Assembly (NCBI RefSeq): GCF_004010195.1
Contig: NC_057718.1
Location: 16,387,418-16,451,417, forward strand
DNA: 64,000 nucleotides
Reading direction: 5' to 3'
DNA from: Chiloscyllium plagiosum
Lineage: Eukaryota
This document shows positions 13,561-26,859 of this stretch, one piece after another. The translations under genes were made by a program, and so were the position numbers. Position 1 is the first letter of the stretch; every line of letters begins with the position of its first letter. Under the pieces are notes generated by a model. It did no database searches and was not told where the DNA came from. It worked only from the letters and a program-made list of their open reading frames with translations.

Positions 13561-16500
13561 TAGAAGCAAGATTTGAAGATTGAACATATTATCTTCGGAG
13601 TTTGGATTTTAATGCGAAGTACAAAAATGCAAGCAATAAAGTTTTAAAAAATGCTTGGTGGAGTTGAGAATTGCTTTGTTAATGTTTCATTGAATTATAT
13701 TGATCAACACTAAATATGACAAATATATTTAAAGTATGTGTGGTTGTGTTTTGTTGCTTCTTTATTTGTAAATCACTAACTGAATGCATGTGCAGGATTT
13801 CTCTCAACTAATTGTTCAGCTTTTGCTAAGGTACTTATTAGAAATCTTATTTTAGTTTCAAGCGTTTGATTTAAAAATAAAAGCAAGAAAAGGGAAAAAA
13901 TATTTGAAACATACACAAAAGATGCGTAGAGAAGAAATAACTGCTTTACCATTTGCTTATTCTAATTCTAATTGCAACTTTATTCTCCACTCCTGATTGA
14001 TATCTTGCAGTGCGCAATGGAGATCATAGCAGTGCTTGAGGTGACAACGTAAATTTTGCAATCTCCTACCCAAGACTCAATGGAAAGCAGAATATATGCC
14101 CTTACACAGAAACTAATCACTCACAACACTCTCAATCAGAAAGCAACTTTCACAGCCAGATAACTCATACTTTATGAACATGTTTTGCAAAGGGCAACAA
14201 ATTGAGCAACCTCCTGTCCCATACACTTGAACTAGATATTCGGACTCTATGCAAAGTGCCTCCCAGCTAGATTCTTAAATGCGTAAATCAAAATCAGTAT
14301 ATCAAATGTATAGCATTCCCTTGAAAGTTATACAGATTTGCTATATAAAAAGATGCACAACATACCCAGTCAATTTCAAGCTTTTTCATGGCCAACATTA
14401 ACCAAATTCCCCTTGTTGTTTGGCATTGTATCAACTTGCACCTCATATTTAACATGATGGAATAATACAGTATATACCAGGTATTTAAATAGTGTTGTTA
14501 AGGTTCCTGTGAAATGTTGTAAATTACTTAAGCGTCTTTGAATTTTTCTTTCTGCAGGCAAAATAGGATTACTGTACCCATCGGCTTAATCAGTGTTATT
14601 TTCCTCAACACAAAATAAGTGTGCTCAGTTAGTTGTTGATAATTCCAATTCAAAAACACTTTCATGAGTTTTCCAACGTGTTCTACTGCTAAATAGTGCA
14701 ACAGGGTTTTTCTGATGGAGAGTTCTCAGTTTCAAATACCACAATATGCAGTCGTCAAGTTGTGACCAAGCACCTGTTAATAATTAGCAATAATCATTCT
14801 GTGACATTTGCACACTCCTTCTAATAATTGGCTATGGAACAAGATTTATACCAATTTGTATTAATAAAAACTTTCTTACTTGTTGAAAATCTGGAAAGGG
14901 GCCAAAGAAGTGTGAAACCTTTATGAAATCAGTTTGAATTTTTTTTCCCTTTCTCTCCTATAGTGAGAACTTTACTTAATTTGTAAAGTTTATTTTCAAT
15001 GTGAGTACTTAATTATGCAGCAACGTAGTATTCAAATAAAAAATTATAAGGCAAAGGATGTGTTAAAGATAGTTACATTAACTTCCTGTATGAATACTTT
15101 TATTGCTGGCAAAAAAAAATTATATATTTACAGACCCATTGTCCAGAATGCAGTCTTCATGGGGAGACTTTACAAATAGTTGTTAGAACCTCTGTGCCAC
15201 CAGCCCATAGAAAATGCATATTTTAATAAATTGGCATACAACTTTTGAAGTAAAATATCCTGACATTTAAAAATATTGATTTATTAGTTTTGTGTTTAAG
15301 CATTCTACAAGCCTGTTTATTTATATACTTTACTATACATTAGCAATTAGATTGCTAAAGACTTGAGGCAATATGGGGTTACAGAAGGGACACAAAAATT
15401 CTTAATCTGGCTCTCTCTGCAGTCTTTCTTTATGCGTGTACCTTTTGACCTTGCTTCCTCTGCTGTGGCATTCCTGGGCCTAACCAAATGGTAATGTTGT
15501 AAAGGGTAGAACATTTTGCCATCCAACAACAAATGTCACACTAATTAATCATCTTTACATTTAAATACAATGAAACTTAACTGTTGCAATCTGCTTTCTT
15601 AATCATAATGTTAAGTTTTACTAAATTGGGTGTTTTCAGCTTTAAAATAATTAAACATTTAAGTATACTAATCTTGTTTTATGCTTAACTAATATGCATC
15701 CAGTTTACAGTTTGAATGCATTGCCTTAGAAAGATTTGGGACAGAAATATATAATTACTGCTGTATTACTACCATGCTATAATTTTACTTGGTTTACCTT
15801 TTTAACTTTTCTGTGTGTGTTCGTTATACAAGTACAATATTATCAATTTTGTATCTGTCACTACTTGCACAAAAAATATAGGATCTCAGGAGTTATTTTT
15901 ACAGAACCTCTCATTTATTGTGTTGAATTCTGGGAAATCCACACCTTTGCATTCTTGTGAAAGTGAAACTGTACCTGTTAATTGATTGTAGGACCTGTTG
16001 ATAACATTTATTTTTGAAAATAATGAAACAGAATATATAGTCTCTGAGCTTTTAAAATGTATCTTATAAGGCTGTCCCTAGCAATTTGCAATTCTATGTA
16101 TTCTTCTCTCTTGTAACCAGGACAGTAGACTCTGCATATTCAGGCATTTCTATAGCTATAATGAAGAAAGGAGAACTGTGGTTTTGGAAATAAACATGCA
16201 TTGCTGCCACATATGAAATTTAAGAATGGTCATTTATCATTTCATGAGATGCTTCTAATATTGTGTTGCTACGATGAAGACATTAACAACAAGCAATACA
16301 TAAAAAAAGTAAATTTCAAGTGCTTTATTTCTGAAAGCAATTACAGTTACTGAACATGTCTACCGCAGAGCAGCAAGTCACTGTATCAATAAAAGCAGTG
16401 CTTTTGATTTTGAGATCTATTTTGTCCTGACTGTTTTAGTTCTGTGCTGATCTCCATATAGTAAAATGCTTTTTTAGGCAATGGGAAGATTCAGTGGACA

Positions 16501-16940
16501 TAAATTGTTATGGCACGAAGATAAATAGTTCAACCAGACAGCTTTTTTACCTCTGTATTTGCCACACGGTAAAATTAAACCCTTCAAAGACTTCAATTGT
16601 TATTACAATGGTTATTTTGAATAACCAGTCCCAGACTTTGAGAATGATTAATTCCAGACAGTGGTTTGTATCTCAAACAAAAGATTTAACAATTTATTAA
16701 AAACACAATCACTTCAGCACCGGAAAAAAATGCACAGTACAGTAATCTAATAAATATGTGTTTCAAACCTGAAATGTTTGCTTTAAGCCCCATTCTCACA
16801 CAAGGCTGGGAGATAAGCAAACACAGTTAAGGATAATTAATAGAAAATAATGAAACTGGCCAGATTTTTTAAACGGTTGCTTGATTTTCTGGAAATATCA
16901 ATCATGGTCACCTTCTCAGTTTACTGAGGTAAATGTAGTC

Positions 16941-17275
16941 CAGGTTGACTTTCTTTATCCAAAAAGCCCTGAAATATGAAAGATTTTTTGTGAGGTTTCC
17001 CCCTCATTAGCAAAGTTGTTTGGCATGCAAACAGTTAACGCAACTTCTCACCCACTCCATGTGTGACAATCAGGTGCGACATGGGGGGGAGGCGTGGCCC
17101 AGCACTGGCAGGCCTCAATTCTGTTTCAGGTCCCATTTTAATCACAGTGAGTCTACTGTGAGGTACGATTTTAAAAATTTCACCATCAAACTGTCACTTG
17201 CTCTGAAATTTGAAAAATTCTGAATTCCGAAAACCAGCTGGTCCCAAGCATTTTAGATAAAGGATTGTCTACCTG
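16941..17275. mobile_element. Tigger/pogo-like non-autonomous DNA transposon
   Basis: Imperfect TIRs caggttgactttctttatccaaaa / caggtagacaatcctttatctaaaa; right end followed by TA. Confidence 0.6.
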
Positions 17276-17460
17276 TAATACTTCTAACTCAGCTTTCTAC
17301 TCTTTTAGTCTTCCAAAAACTGGTGAGGAAGATTAGGTAGAGTGCTTTCAAATCATCATGCTGTGTCATCAGGAGCCAAATTCATCATTCAGAAATCACA
17401 GTGCAAAATAGCAACTCAACTATGATCCTGTTCTGAGAGATTGACCATCTTTTCCCTTGG

Positions 17461-17819
17461 AGAAAGTGAGGACTGCAGATGCTGGAGATCAGAGCTGAAA
17501 AATGTGTTGCTGGAAAAGCGCAGCAGGTCAGGTAGCATCCAAGGAGCAGGAGAATAGACGTTTTGGGTATAAGCCCTTCTTCCTCCAAGGAGCAGGAGAA
17601 TCGACGTTTCGGGCATAAGCCCTTCTTCGGCTGGAACGTTGATTCTCCTGCTCCTTGGAGGAAGAAGGGCTTAGTCCGAAACGACGATTCTCCTGCTCCT
17701 TGGAGAAGAAGGGCTTATGCCCGAAACGTCGATTCTCCTGCTCCTTGGAGGAAGAAGGGTTTATGCCGGAAACTTCAATTCTCCTGCTCCTTGGATGCTG
17801 CCTGACCTGCTGCGCTTTT
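17461..17819. mobile_element. PLE-derived palindromic element with ~46-bp tandem hammerhead-derived units
   Basis: 2 units on minus and ~3.5 on plus of gaagaagggcttatgcccgaaacgtcgattctcctgctccttgga; 16-bp TSD with 1 mismatch (17445-17460 / 17820-17835). Confidence 0.8.
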
Positions 17820-18539
17820 CCATCTTTTCTCTTGGTCTCAATTATCATTCAGCATCTAACTGTGTACTTGAACATGACTTGGAACCAATTCTCATACTGA
17901 CCTTTTTAATAGCTGAATTCTGCTATCTGTTTAAACACAATGCTCTTGTGTCTTTAGGAACCCTTTTTATTCAAGAATCAGCCTGCAATTAACCTCCTGC
18001 CCTGGCCTCTCAAAAAACAACTTGTTTGGTCTCTTTCTTTCCTTTTACCACAAGCAGTTTCCCAAAGTCCACAAATCGGCTTTAAGCTCACACTTTCCAG
18101 TTCACAGCTCCAAGCCAAAATTAATAAAAGAATAAAAATAATGAAAAACCAGCAAGGGTTCGAACAAAACAAATAGGTCTTTCTCTGTTGAAAGAGCATT
18201 TTAACTTCCAAAACTGAATGTTACACTTGATCTTTTTAAAAAGCTGTTGAAGAGAACAATATTTTTAGCAGAAAATTAGTTATCTTTGTTGGCTTCTGAC
18301 CATTACATAAACAATAAAAGAGAAATTTCCATGACATGTTAATATGGAAGAGTTGAGTGTATTTTAAATATGAAGAGGCACAAATCCTAATCTGTCTCTT
18401 GGTTGACTTTTAATATTAAGGATTAGTACTAAGTTATCCCAGAGCACTGTTTTGAGCTGTTAGACTAACAGCTAACACTGTGTTTTGAGCAATGTGTGTT
18501 GTGTTTGTTTTAGGTCATTTCTGGATTTGTAGAATGGTA

Positions 18540-21500
18540 AAGGGCAGAAATGGCTTTTAGTAGGGTGATGTGCTGTTCCTGTCAGATGTGAGAGATTAAG
18601 GAGATTTTGAGTGTTCTTGGAGACTGTCTGCAGGAAGTGTGTTTAGTTATGAATCTTTTTGGACTTTATGGATTGGTTGGAGTGGCAGCGAAAGGCAATG
18701 AAGAGTTTAACAGAGCAAGGGGGTCTGATGGCTGTTAGTTTTAGGAAGGTGGAAACAATATCGGTACACTTTCCAAAACTAGGTACCAGGAATGGTAGGA
18801 GAGGTAGCCAGGTAGTGCAGGAGTCTCCTGTGGCTATCCCCATCTCAAACAAGTACAGGTAGCCTCTGCTATTGAAAGTAGACCGTTCCAGGACACCTTT
18901 CGTAAGCCGAAAATAGCGTAAAGCGAAAATAGCTTGATTTATATGGGAAAAAGTTTCACCGTTTCTCGTGAAAGCAAAAAATTCTTCTTCGAATTTGCGA
19001 AAACAGGTATTAATGTAGGTCATTGGTAAAAGCGAAATTGCGTGAAGTGAACGTTCGAAAAGCGGGGAATACCTGTATGCCATTTTGGATGCTGTAAAGG
19101 GGGATGGCCTCTCAGGGGTTTATAGGACTGACAGCCAGGTTTCTGGTACCATGACTGGCTCTACTGTATTGATGGGTATGTCAGGTTCCAAGCGAGCGAT
19201 TGTAATAGGGGACTGTCTAGTCTGGGCACAGACAGATATTTCTGCGGCAGTCAGCAATACATCAGAACGATGTGGTGGATGCAGCTACAGTTACAGCGTT
19301 TAAAAGGCATTTAGATAAGTACATGAACAAGAAAGATACGAGGAGTGGCAGATAGCAGAGTTTAATTTCGATAAATGTGAGTAGCTGCAGTTTGGAAAGG
19401 CAAATCAGGGCAGGACTTATAACATTTAATTGTAAGGTCCTGGGATATGGGCCAAGCACAGACAGGTGGGACTAGTTTAGTTTGGGATTATCATCGGTAT
19501 GGACTGTTTGGACTGTTTTGTGCTGTATGACTCTGTGACTTTATCTCAGATATCTGTAAGAAAAATAGAGTTGTAACAGTGGGGGATTTAACTATCCAAA
19601 CATATACTGGGACTGTCATAGATTAAGGTCTTGGATGTGGAGGCATGTGTTAAGTGTGTGCAAGCAAACCTTCTTAATCAATATGTTGATGTACTTACTC
19701 GACCTTCTATTAGGAAATAAAGTAGGGCAAGTAACTGAGGTGTCGGTGGTGTAGTGCTTTGGGGCAAGTGATCATAATTCTATTAGTTTAAAATAATTAT
19801 GGAAAAGGGTAGAACTGATCAAAAAATTGAAGTTCTAAATTGGAGGAAGGCCAATTTTTGGGGTATTAAGCAAAACATTCAGTAATGCATTCGACGAGGT
19901 TCCTCATGATAGACTAGTTAGCAAGGTTAGATGTAGTGGACAGTTGCTTTTCAGAATGGAGGCCTGTGCTCAATGGTGTGCCACAAGGATTGGTGCTAGC
20001 TCCACTGCTTTTCATCATTAATATAAATGATTTGGATGTGAACATAGGAGGTATAGTTAGTAAGTTTGCAGATAACACCAAAATTGGAGGTGTAGTGGAC
20101 AAGAAGGTTACCGGAGAGTGCAGTGGGATCTTGATCAAATGGGCCAATGGGCCAAGAAGTGGCAGATAGCAGAGTTTAATTTCGATAAATGTGAGTAGCT
20201 GCAGTTTGGAAAGGCAAATCAGGGCAGGACTTATAACATTTAGTTGTAAGATCCTGGGCAGTGTTGCTAACAAAGATATCTTGGAGTGCAGGTTCATAGT
20301 TCCTTGAAAATGGAGTTTCAGGTAGATTGGATAGTGAAAAGGTATGCTTTCCTTTATTGGCCAGAGCATTGAGTATAGGAGTTGGGAGGTCATGTTGCAG
20401 CTGTGCAGGACATTGGTTAGGCCACTTTTGGAATATTCTGTGCAATTCTGATCTCCCTCCTAAACGAAGGACATTGTGAGACTTGAAAGGGTTCATCAAA
20501 GATTTACAAGGATGTTGTCGGGGTTGGAGGATTTGGTCTACAGAGAGAGGCTGAATAGGCTGGTTTTCCCTGGAGCATTACAGGCTGAGGGGCGACCTTG
20601 TAGAGGTCTATAAAATCATGAGGGGCATGGATAGGGCTAATAGATAAGGTCTTTTTCCTGGGTTGAGGGAATCCAGAACTGGAGGGCATAGGTTTGAGGT
20701 GAGAGTGGAAAGATTTAAAAGGGACCTAAGGGGCAACGTTTTCACACAAAGGTAGGGGCATGTATGGAATGAGCTGCCAGAGGAAGTTGTGGAGGCTAGT
20801 ACATTTACAACATTGAAAAGGCATCTGGATGGGTACATGAATAGGAAAGGTTTAGAACGATATATGCCAAGTACTAGTAAATGGGACGAGATTAATTTGG
20901 GATATGTGGTCAGCATGGACGAGTTGAATCGAGAGGTCTGTTTCCATGTTGTACATCTCTATGACTATAATTTTCAAAAGTTGACTGAGAGAGGCTATTC
21001 GCAGGTAAAGGGATGGTTGGGAAGTGGGAAACCTTTAGGAATGACATACCAAGAGTTCAGAGACATTATGTTCCAGTTAATATGAAGGATAAAGCCGGTA
21101 GGTGTAGGGAATGCTGGATGACGAGAGAAATAGAGGTTCTGGTCAAGAAACATAAGGAGGCATATGTCAAATATTGAAGCTAGGATCGAATGAGTCCCTC
21201 GAGAAGTATAATAGCAGTAGGGGTATACTTTTTTTTCCCTTTATTCATTTACAGGATGAGGACATCGCTGGTTAGGTGGCATTTATTGCCTATCCCTAAT
21301 TACCAAAGGGCAGAGGTTTTTGGGAAGCTAGGGAATAGATTGCTGGGCCCCTTGCTGAGATACTTGTGTCACCGATAGCCACGGGTGAGGTGCTGGAAAT
21401 CTGATGTGGTGCCATTACTTAAGAAAGGTTGTAGAGAAAGCCAGGCATCTATAGATTGGTGAGCCTTATGTTACTGGTGGGTAAGTTGTTGGAGGGGATT

Positions 21501-21917
21501 CTGAGGGACAGGATTTGGAAAGACATGGACAGATTAGGGAGAGTCAATATGGCTTTATGTGTGTGAAATCATGTCTGATTAACTTGATTGAGTTTTTTGA
21601 AGAGGTGACAAAGAAGATTGATGAAGCAGAGTGGTAGATGTTGTCTACATGGACCTCAGCAAAGTTTTCAACAATTTTCTGCAAGGTAGACTGGTTAATA
21701 AAGTTAGATTCCATTGGATCCAGGGTGCGCTAACTGACTGGACACAAAATTACCTTGAAGGTAGGAGACACAAGGTGTTGGAGGTTTGATTTTTGTTCTG
21801 GAGACCTGCGATCAGTGGTGTGCCACAAGGATCAGTGCTGGGTTCACTGCTTTTCATCATTTACATAAATGATTTTGATGTGAATATAGGAGCAGTTGTT
21901 AGTAAGTTTGCAGATAG
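18540..21917 (+). mobile_element. Mosaic of nested/degraded CR1 LINE copies (ORF1 remnant, endonuclease, RT, 3' tails)
   Basis: QVVQESPVAIPISNKY ORF1 motif; GDFNYP endonuclease; GVPQGLVLAPLLF...SKFADNTKIGG RT. Confidence 0.85.
18856..19075. mobile_element. Tc1/mariner-pogo (Tigger-like) MITE inserted in CR1 ORF1
   Basis: TA at 18854-18855 and 19076-19077; TIRs caggtagcctctgctattgaa / caggtattccccgcttttcgaa; host sequence rejoins as aacaagta|tgcc. Confidence 0.85.
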
Positions 21918-24900
21918 TGTAGGTAGGGAAGTGTGAAATAACTCTCCAAAGGCAGTATTCCATCGCCAAGCCACCCTTTATTTACATGTGCATAATACAT
22001 GACACTGATCCAGCCAGCTCAGAGCTTGCTCCTAGAGAGAACAGAACCCCTGGCACTCCTATTTATATCTCTACTTATATCTCCTATTTATATCAGGATT
22101 CCCTGATTGGACAGGTTAACAGCCCCAATCAGAGAATTCACATTCTGTGTGGTCCACCTGGCTGACCTTGTTACAATCCCTACACCCCTCCCCTTCTATG
22201 TCTTGGGATGAGGACCGTTCTTTTTCCTGTAGCTTGCCCTAGTGCATTTGTGCAACAGGTCTGGTTCCACCAACTCTTATCTTGGATACTGGCAGCATGT
22301 AGCGGACCATAGTCTGCCTCTTGCACCTGGAGTGTCTTGGCTGAAATTCATCCTGTTGAGGCAGCAATGTCGCTGAGGCTGTGATATGTGCCATCTCCAT
22401 CTCGCCCTTGGAGGTTTCTTCAACACTGGGCAGAGGGGGAGAACCCATGGTTTGTGACAGCCTTTCTGGATGTTCTGAGGAATGGGGTATGTGTTGGTCC
22501 TGACCGATTGCAAGGTTGCAGCTTGCATGACAGGACCATACACACACACACACGTGCGCGCGATTAGGAGTCACGTGCTGCGGATTCTTCATCCCATTGG
22601 CATCTCTGCTGGAGCTGTCTATGTAGTTGTGTGAGGGGAGGTCCTATAATCAAGCAGGAACCAGGACTGTATGGTAGTGAGTGAAGCTGTAGACTATTTC
22701 TTTAAGCCTGCTTCAAAGTTTGGATTGCTCTTTCCACCAGACCATTGGACAATGGATGAAATAGAGCTATCCGTCCTTGAGGAATGCAAATACTCAAATT
22801 TCCTACTGGTAAATTAAGGCCTGTCATCCGTGACTGACACCTCTGGTAGTCTGTGTATTGCAAAAGATGCTCACAAGTTTTCAATCGTCATTCGTCATTT
22901 TCAATCGGTGGTGCAGGCTCGAAGGGCAGAATGGCCTACTCCTGCACCTATTGTCTATTCCTGTGTTTTGACGAATGAACTCTGTGCGCATGCAGCCACT
23001 TTCAATGAGCGTCCACAATGACTAAAAACATTGAGCCTATGAAAGGACTTGCATAGTCGACATTTACATAGCCATTCCCACGAATATGGGGGAACTGCTG
23101 GCAGTAATTTATGTTGTTGTTGATACTCTGGTCACTGCCCCACCAACACAGTTATGTCAGCATTTAATCCTGGCTACCAGATATAATTTCTTACCAACAT
23201 CTTCATTTTGGAAATCCTTGGATGGCCCTGGTGGAGTTCTGCCAGTGTCTGGCAATGACCTTTGCTCGGCACAATCATTCTTGCTCCTTATATTATTATG
23301 CCGTCCTCTATGATGATCTGGTCTGACCAGGTCCAGGAAAGTTTCAATTCTGGTTGTGATGACCCTTTTGTTTCCCCCATCACCACTAAGTTGTTTTAGT
23401 TTTGTCAGGACTGGATCTTTTTGTACCCACAGTCTGATAACACCAGCAGTGATCGGAAGGGTATCCAGAACAAAACTCTTCAAGTGGTGGTACTATCAGT
23501 AGTGTATCTACCAGTGGGAGGCAGCTGAAGACATATGCATTTGACACCTAGCCTCCCGGACAGTGTTCCAACTTGTAATTGTGTGCATGCACAATAAGAA
23601 CCAATTGCTGAACTCAGCCTGAATCTATGGGAGGCATGGCCATGTCTTCTTTAAGTAGCCCTTGCAGGGGTTTGTGGTCTATTATTATTATGAGTTTATC
23701 TCTATGAAGGTATCAGTGGAACTTTCTCACAGCAAAGATAACCACCAATTCTTTCTTTTCTATCTGGGTGTATCTTCGTTCAGCATCAGCCAAGTCTGGA
23801 AAGCATATGCTGTCAAGTGTTCCTCTCCGCTGGGCCACCAGTGAGTCAATACTATCCCGATTTCATTTGGGGTAGTATCGCATGTCATCTTGCACTACAT
23901 TTTGCATGGGATCATAGTGTGCCAAGACCTTAGATGACAATAGATGGTTCTTCACTTCCTTAAAGGCTACATTTTGGCTATGATTTCATTTCCAAGGCTG
24001 ATCCCTTTTCAATATCAGATATAAGGGTGCCTGGATGGAGGCCAGGTTACGTGTGAATTTTCTGTAATATTTCACCAACCCAAGGAAAGACCTAAGCTCC
24101 TTTGATCTGCCCCCATTTTATCTTCCAACAGGTGTAACCCAGTTATGTCAACTCTGCCACCCATGATGTCACTTGGGGTGCCTGGTACATGCATTTTTCC
24201 ATCCTAAGGCAACAAAGTTTGAATCTTTCTCAACCAATTTCACCCCATCAAACTTGGGCCCTAGCCTTATATTACAATCAGGGGTAATTGAACCAGCTTC
24301 TTCTCAAAAGAGACTGGAACCAAAGTTGTACCCTTAATCTGTGGGGGTTTCCTGGTATAGGTTCTAAGCGTGGCTGAGGTCTTATGCAAATGTAAGGGTT
24401 GGAATCCAGAATGAATTTTGGTAAATACTGGTTCTGCATTCACTGATATAGCCGTGCGAGTATCTACTTCCATTAGAACTGGGTGACTATTTAACCAAAT
24501 GTTTATTTTGAATGGTTCTGATTTGGATGTTGATAAGCAGTTTAACTGTTCCAAACCAGATGTAGATGGACTTTACTGGGAGTACACTGCCCTGGATACT
24601 GGCCTATGAACCCTCTTGCTTAATTCAGGCCTAGTGGGACTCTTTTGCTGTCTCGAGTCTGCATACCAACAGCAAGTACAATGACCTGCCAGTCCGGATC
24701 CTTGAGAAAATGTTAATAGTTAGGCCGAGGCTTGATTTTGTTTCGTGGTTTTGGTGAGGGCTGAACCTAGAGACCTACTGTTCAGGATATGTCCTGAGTG
24801 AGGCACTGCAATTGCCTTTGGTCAAAGATGTTCCCCAAGTTCAGTCAGCGTGGCGAGGGCGTCCACGTTCATCAGAATACCCTGGAACACACAAGCTCCA

Positions 24901-24980
24901 CTTGTCGCATTTTCCAATTATAAAGCCAGTTTAAGTGCCTGTTTGACGTCCAGTTGGGTTTCAGTTAATAGGCGCTTTTG
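21918..24980 (-). mobile_element. Degraded, 5'-deleted Ty3/Gypsy LTR retrotransposon (protease, RT/RNase H, integrase remnants, PPT, 3' LTR)
   Basis: Protease-like PVLMEVDTRTAISV (24267-24554); integrase HPLSNGLVERAIQTLKQA (22702-22884); PPT GGGGAGGGG (22185-22193) next to TG...CA LTR 21918-22184. Confidence 0.85.
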
Positions 24981-25839
24981 CATACCATTCTGGTCACCCT
25001 TCTTTGGCAATGATGTTGATAAACTTGAGAGGGTACAAAAATATTAACGTAGATGTTGCCATGACTGTAGGGTTTGAGATATTTGGAGAGACCTAATAGA
25101 AACATAGATTAATACAATGTGGAAACTGACCCTTAGGTACAACTCGTCTATGCTGACCAGGTTTCCCAAACATTTGCCCGCATGTGGCCCATATCCTTCT
25201 AAACCTTTCCTATTCATGTAGCTGTCCAAATGTCTTTTAAATCTTTTATTGTATCTGCATCTACTATTTCCTTTGGCAGCTCATTCCACATACAAACTAC
25301 TCTCTGTGTGAAAAATCTCTGCATCCTCCTTACAGCTCACCTTCCACCCAGCTTTTTGTCATCTGAATATTTTGAGATGTTTAGTTCCCTCATCTAAATA
25401 TATATTGTGAATAGCTAGGGTCCTAGTATCAATCCCTACAGTACTCCACTAATTACTACCTACAATTCAGAAAAAGACTCTTTGTTCCTATCCTTTATTT
25501 CCGGTCTGCTAACCAATTTTCTATCCATCACATACATTGCCTCCAGTTCCATGTCCTTTAATTTTACACATTAATCTCTGAGGTGGTACTTTATCAAAAG
25601 CCTTCTGAAAGTCCAAATAAACCAAATCCATTGGCTTCTTTTAATTATCTCTACTATTTACATCCTCAAAGAATTCTAGTAGATTTGTCAAGCATAATTT
25701 CCTTTTTGTAAATCCATGCTGTGTGTGTCTGATTTACCACAGTTTTCTCAGTGCTCTGTTTTAAAATCCTTGATAATGGACTCTAGCATCTTCCCCACTA
25801 CCGTTCTAGAACTCGCTGATCTATAATTCCCTGTTTTCT

Positions 25840-25981
25840 TCAAAGTTTGTGAGAAGATTTCTGTGGTAAGGAAACACCACAGAAGCGTTTCACAGGAGGC
25901 TCCCAAGCACTGAGGATGTCACCTAGACAGGGGACGAAACATTTGCAACAAAAACTTTCAGCTCGGCGAACAGAACCACAG
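25840..25981 (+). mobile_element. Solo Penelope pseudo-LTR fragment with hammerhead motif
   Basis: Near-identical to 40095-40205; 12-bp TSD tccctgttttct (25828-25839 / 25982-25993). Confidence 0.85.
25907..25946 (+). ncRNA. Minimal type I hammerhead ribozyme motif
   Basis: gca-CUGAGGA-u-GUCACCU-agac-AGGGGAC-GAAA-c-AUU-ugc. Confidence 0.6.
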
Positions 25982-26793
25982 TCCCTGTTTTCTCTCTACC
26001 TCTCTTTTTAAATAGTGGGGTTACATTAACCATCTTCCAATCTGTAGGAATTGTTCAGAGTCTAAAGAATCTAGACTGGGGTTTTTTTCCCTGGAGTGTT
26101 GGAGATTGACGGGTGACCTTATAGAAGTTCATAAAATCGTGAAGAGCTTGGATAGGATGAATAGCCAAGGTCTTTTTCCTAGGTGGGGGAGGCCAAAGCT
26201 AGACGGCATGGCTTTAAGGTGAGAGAGAAAAGATTTAAAGATGATCCAAGGGGTAACGTTTTCACACAGAGGGTGGTACATGTAAGGAACAAGCTGCCAA
26301 AGGAAGTGGTAGAGGCAGGTATAATTGCAACATTTCAAAGACATCTGGATGGGTATATGATTAGAAAGGTTTTAGAGAGAAATGGGCCAAATGCTGGCAA
26401 ATCAGACTAGATCAAATTGGGATGTCTGGTCAGTAAGGATGAGTTGGACCCAAGGGTTTATTTCTGTGCTGTATGACTGTGTTACTTACTCTAAGTGTTT
26501 CACAGAAAGTGATTATAAACTGAATCATCAATTTTTTTTGGACTGGCAGCCAAGAACAACTTGAAATCTTAATAGCACATCTTTTTTCCAACTTTTGTTA
26601 AATATTTGCTAATAGCTTGTTCAAACTTGCGCAAATAAAAATATACTGATTTTGTAACTGCCAAAATTTTGATGCACATTGCTAGTTTACATGCCTATAA
26701 CAATGCTAATGTTAAGGTTTAGTTTAAATTATTTTCTGAAGTTCAGATACCACTAAGACACGTATACTTAAAAATTGTTTTCCCTTTTATTAG

Positions 26794-26859
26794 GATGAGG
26801 TAGCACATACGCTTACAGAAAGCAGAGTATTAAAAAATACAAGGCATCCTTTTCTAACA
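26794..26859 (+). CDS. AKT3: AKT3 coding exon (alphaC helix)
   Basis: ttattag|GAT...ACA|gtaagt, 66 bp; DEVAHTLTESRVLKNTRHPFLT (AKT3-type SRVLKNT). Confidence 0.96.

Larger units (their letters stand above)
24981..26490. mobile_element. Cluster of CR1 fragments in both orientations
   Basis: FWSP...KLERVQK (+); minus-strand RT piece; RGNVFTQRVVHVRNKLP (+) with 3' tail. Confidence 0.8.

Noticed and set aside
17540..17795. CRISPR-like array of short palindromic repeats
   Set aside because: Units abut with no unique spacers, switch orientation, have a TSD, and there are no cas genes; vertebrate intron
17385..17992. Several overlapping repetitive ORFs
   Set aside because: By-products of the tandem/palindromic repeat; no protein family features
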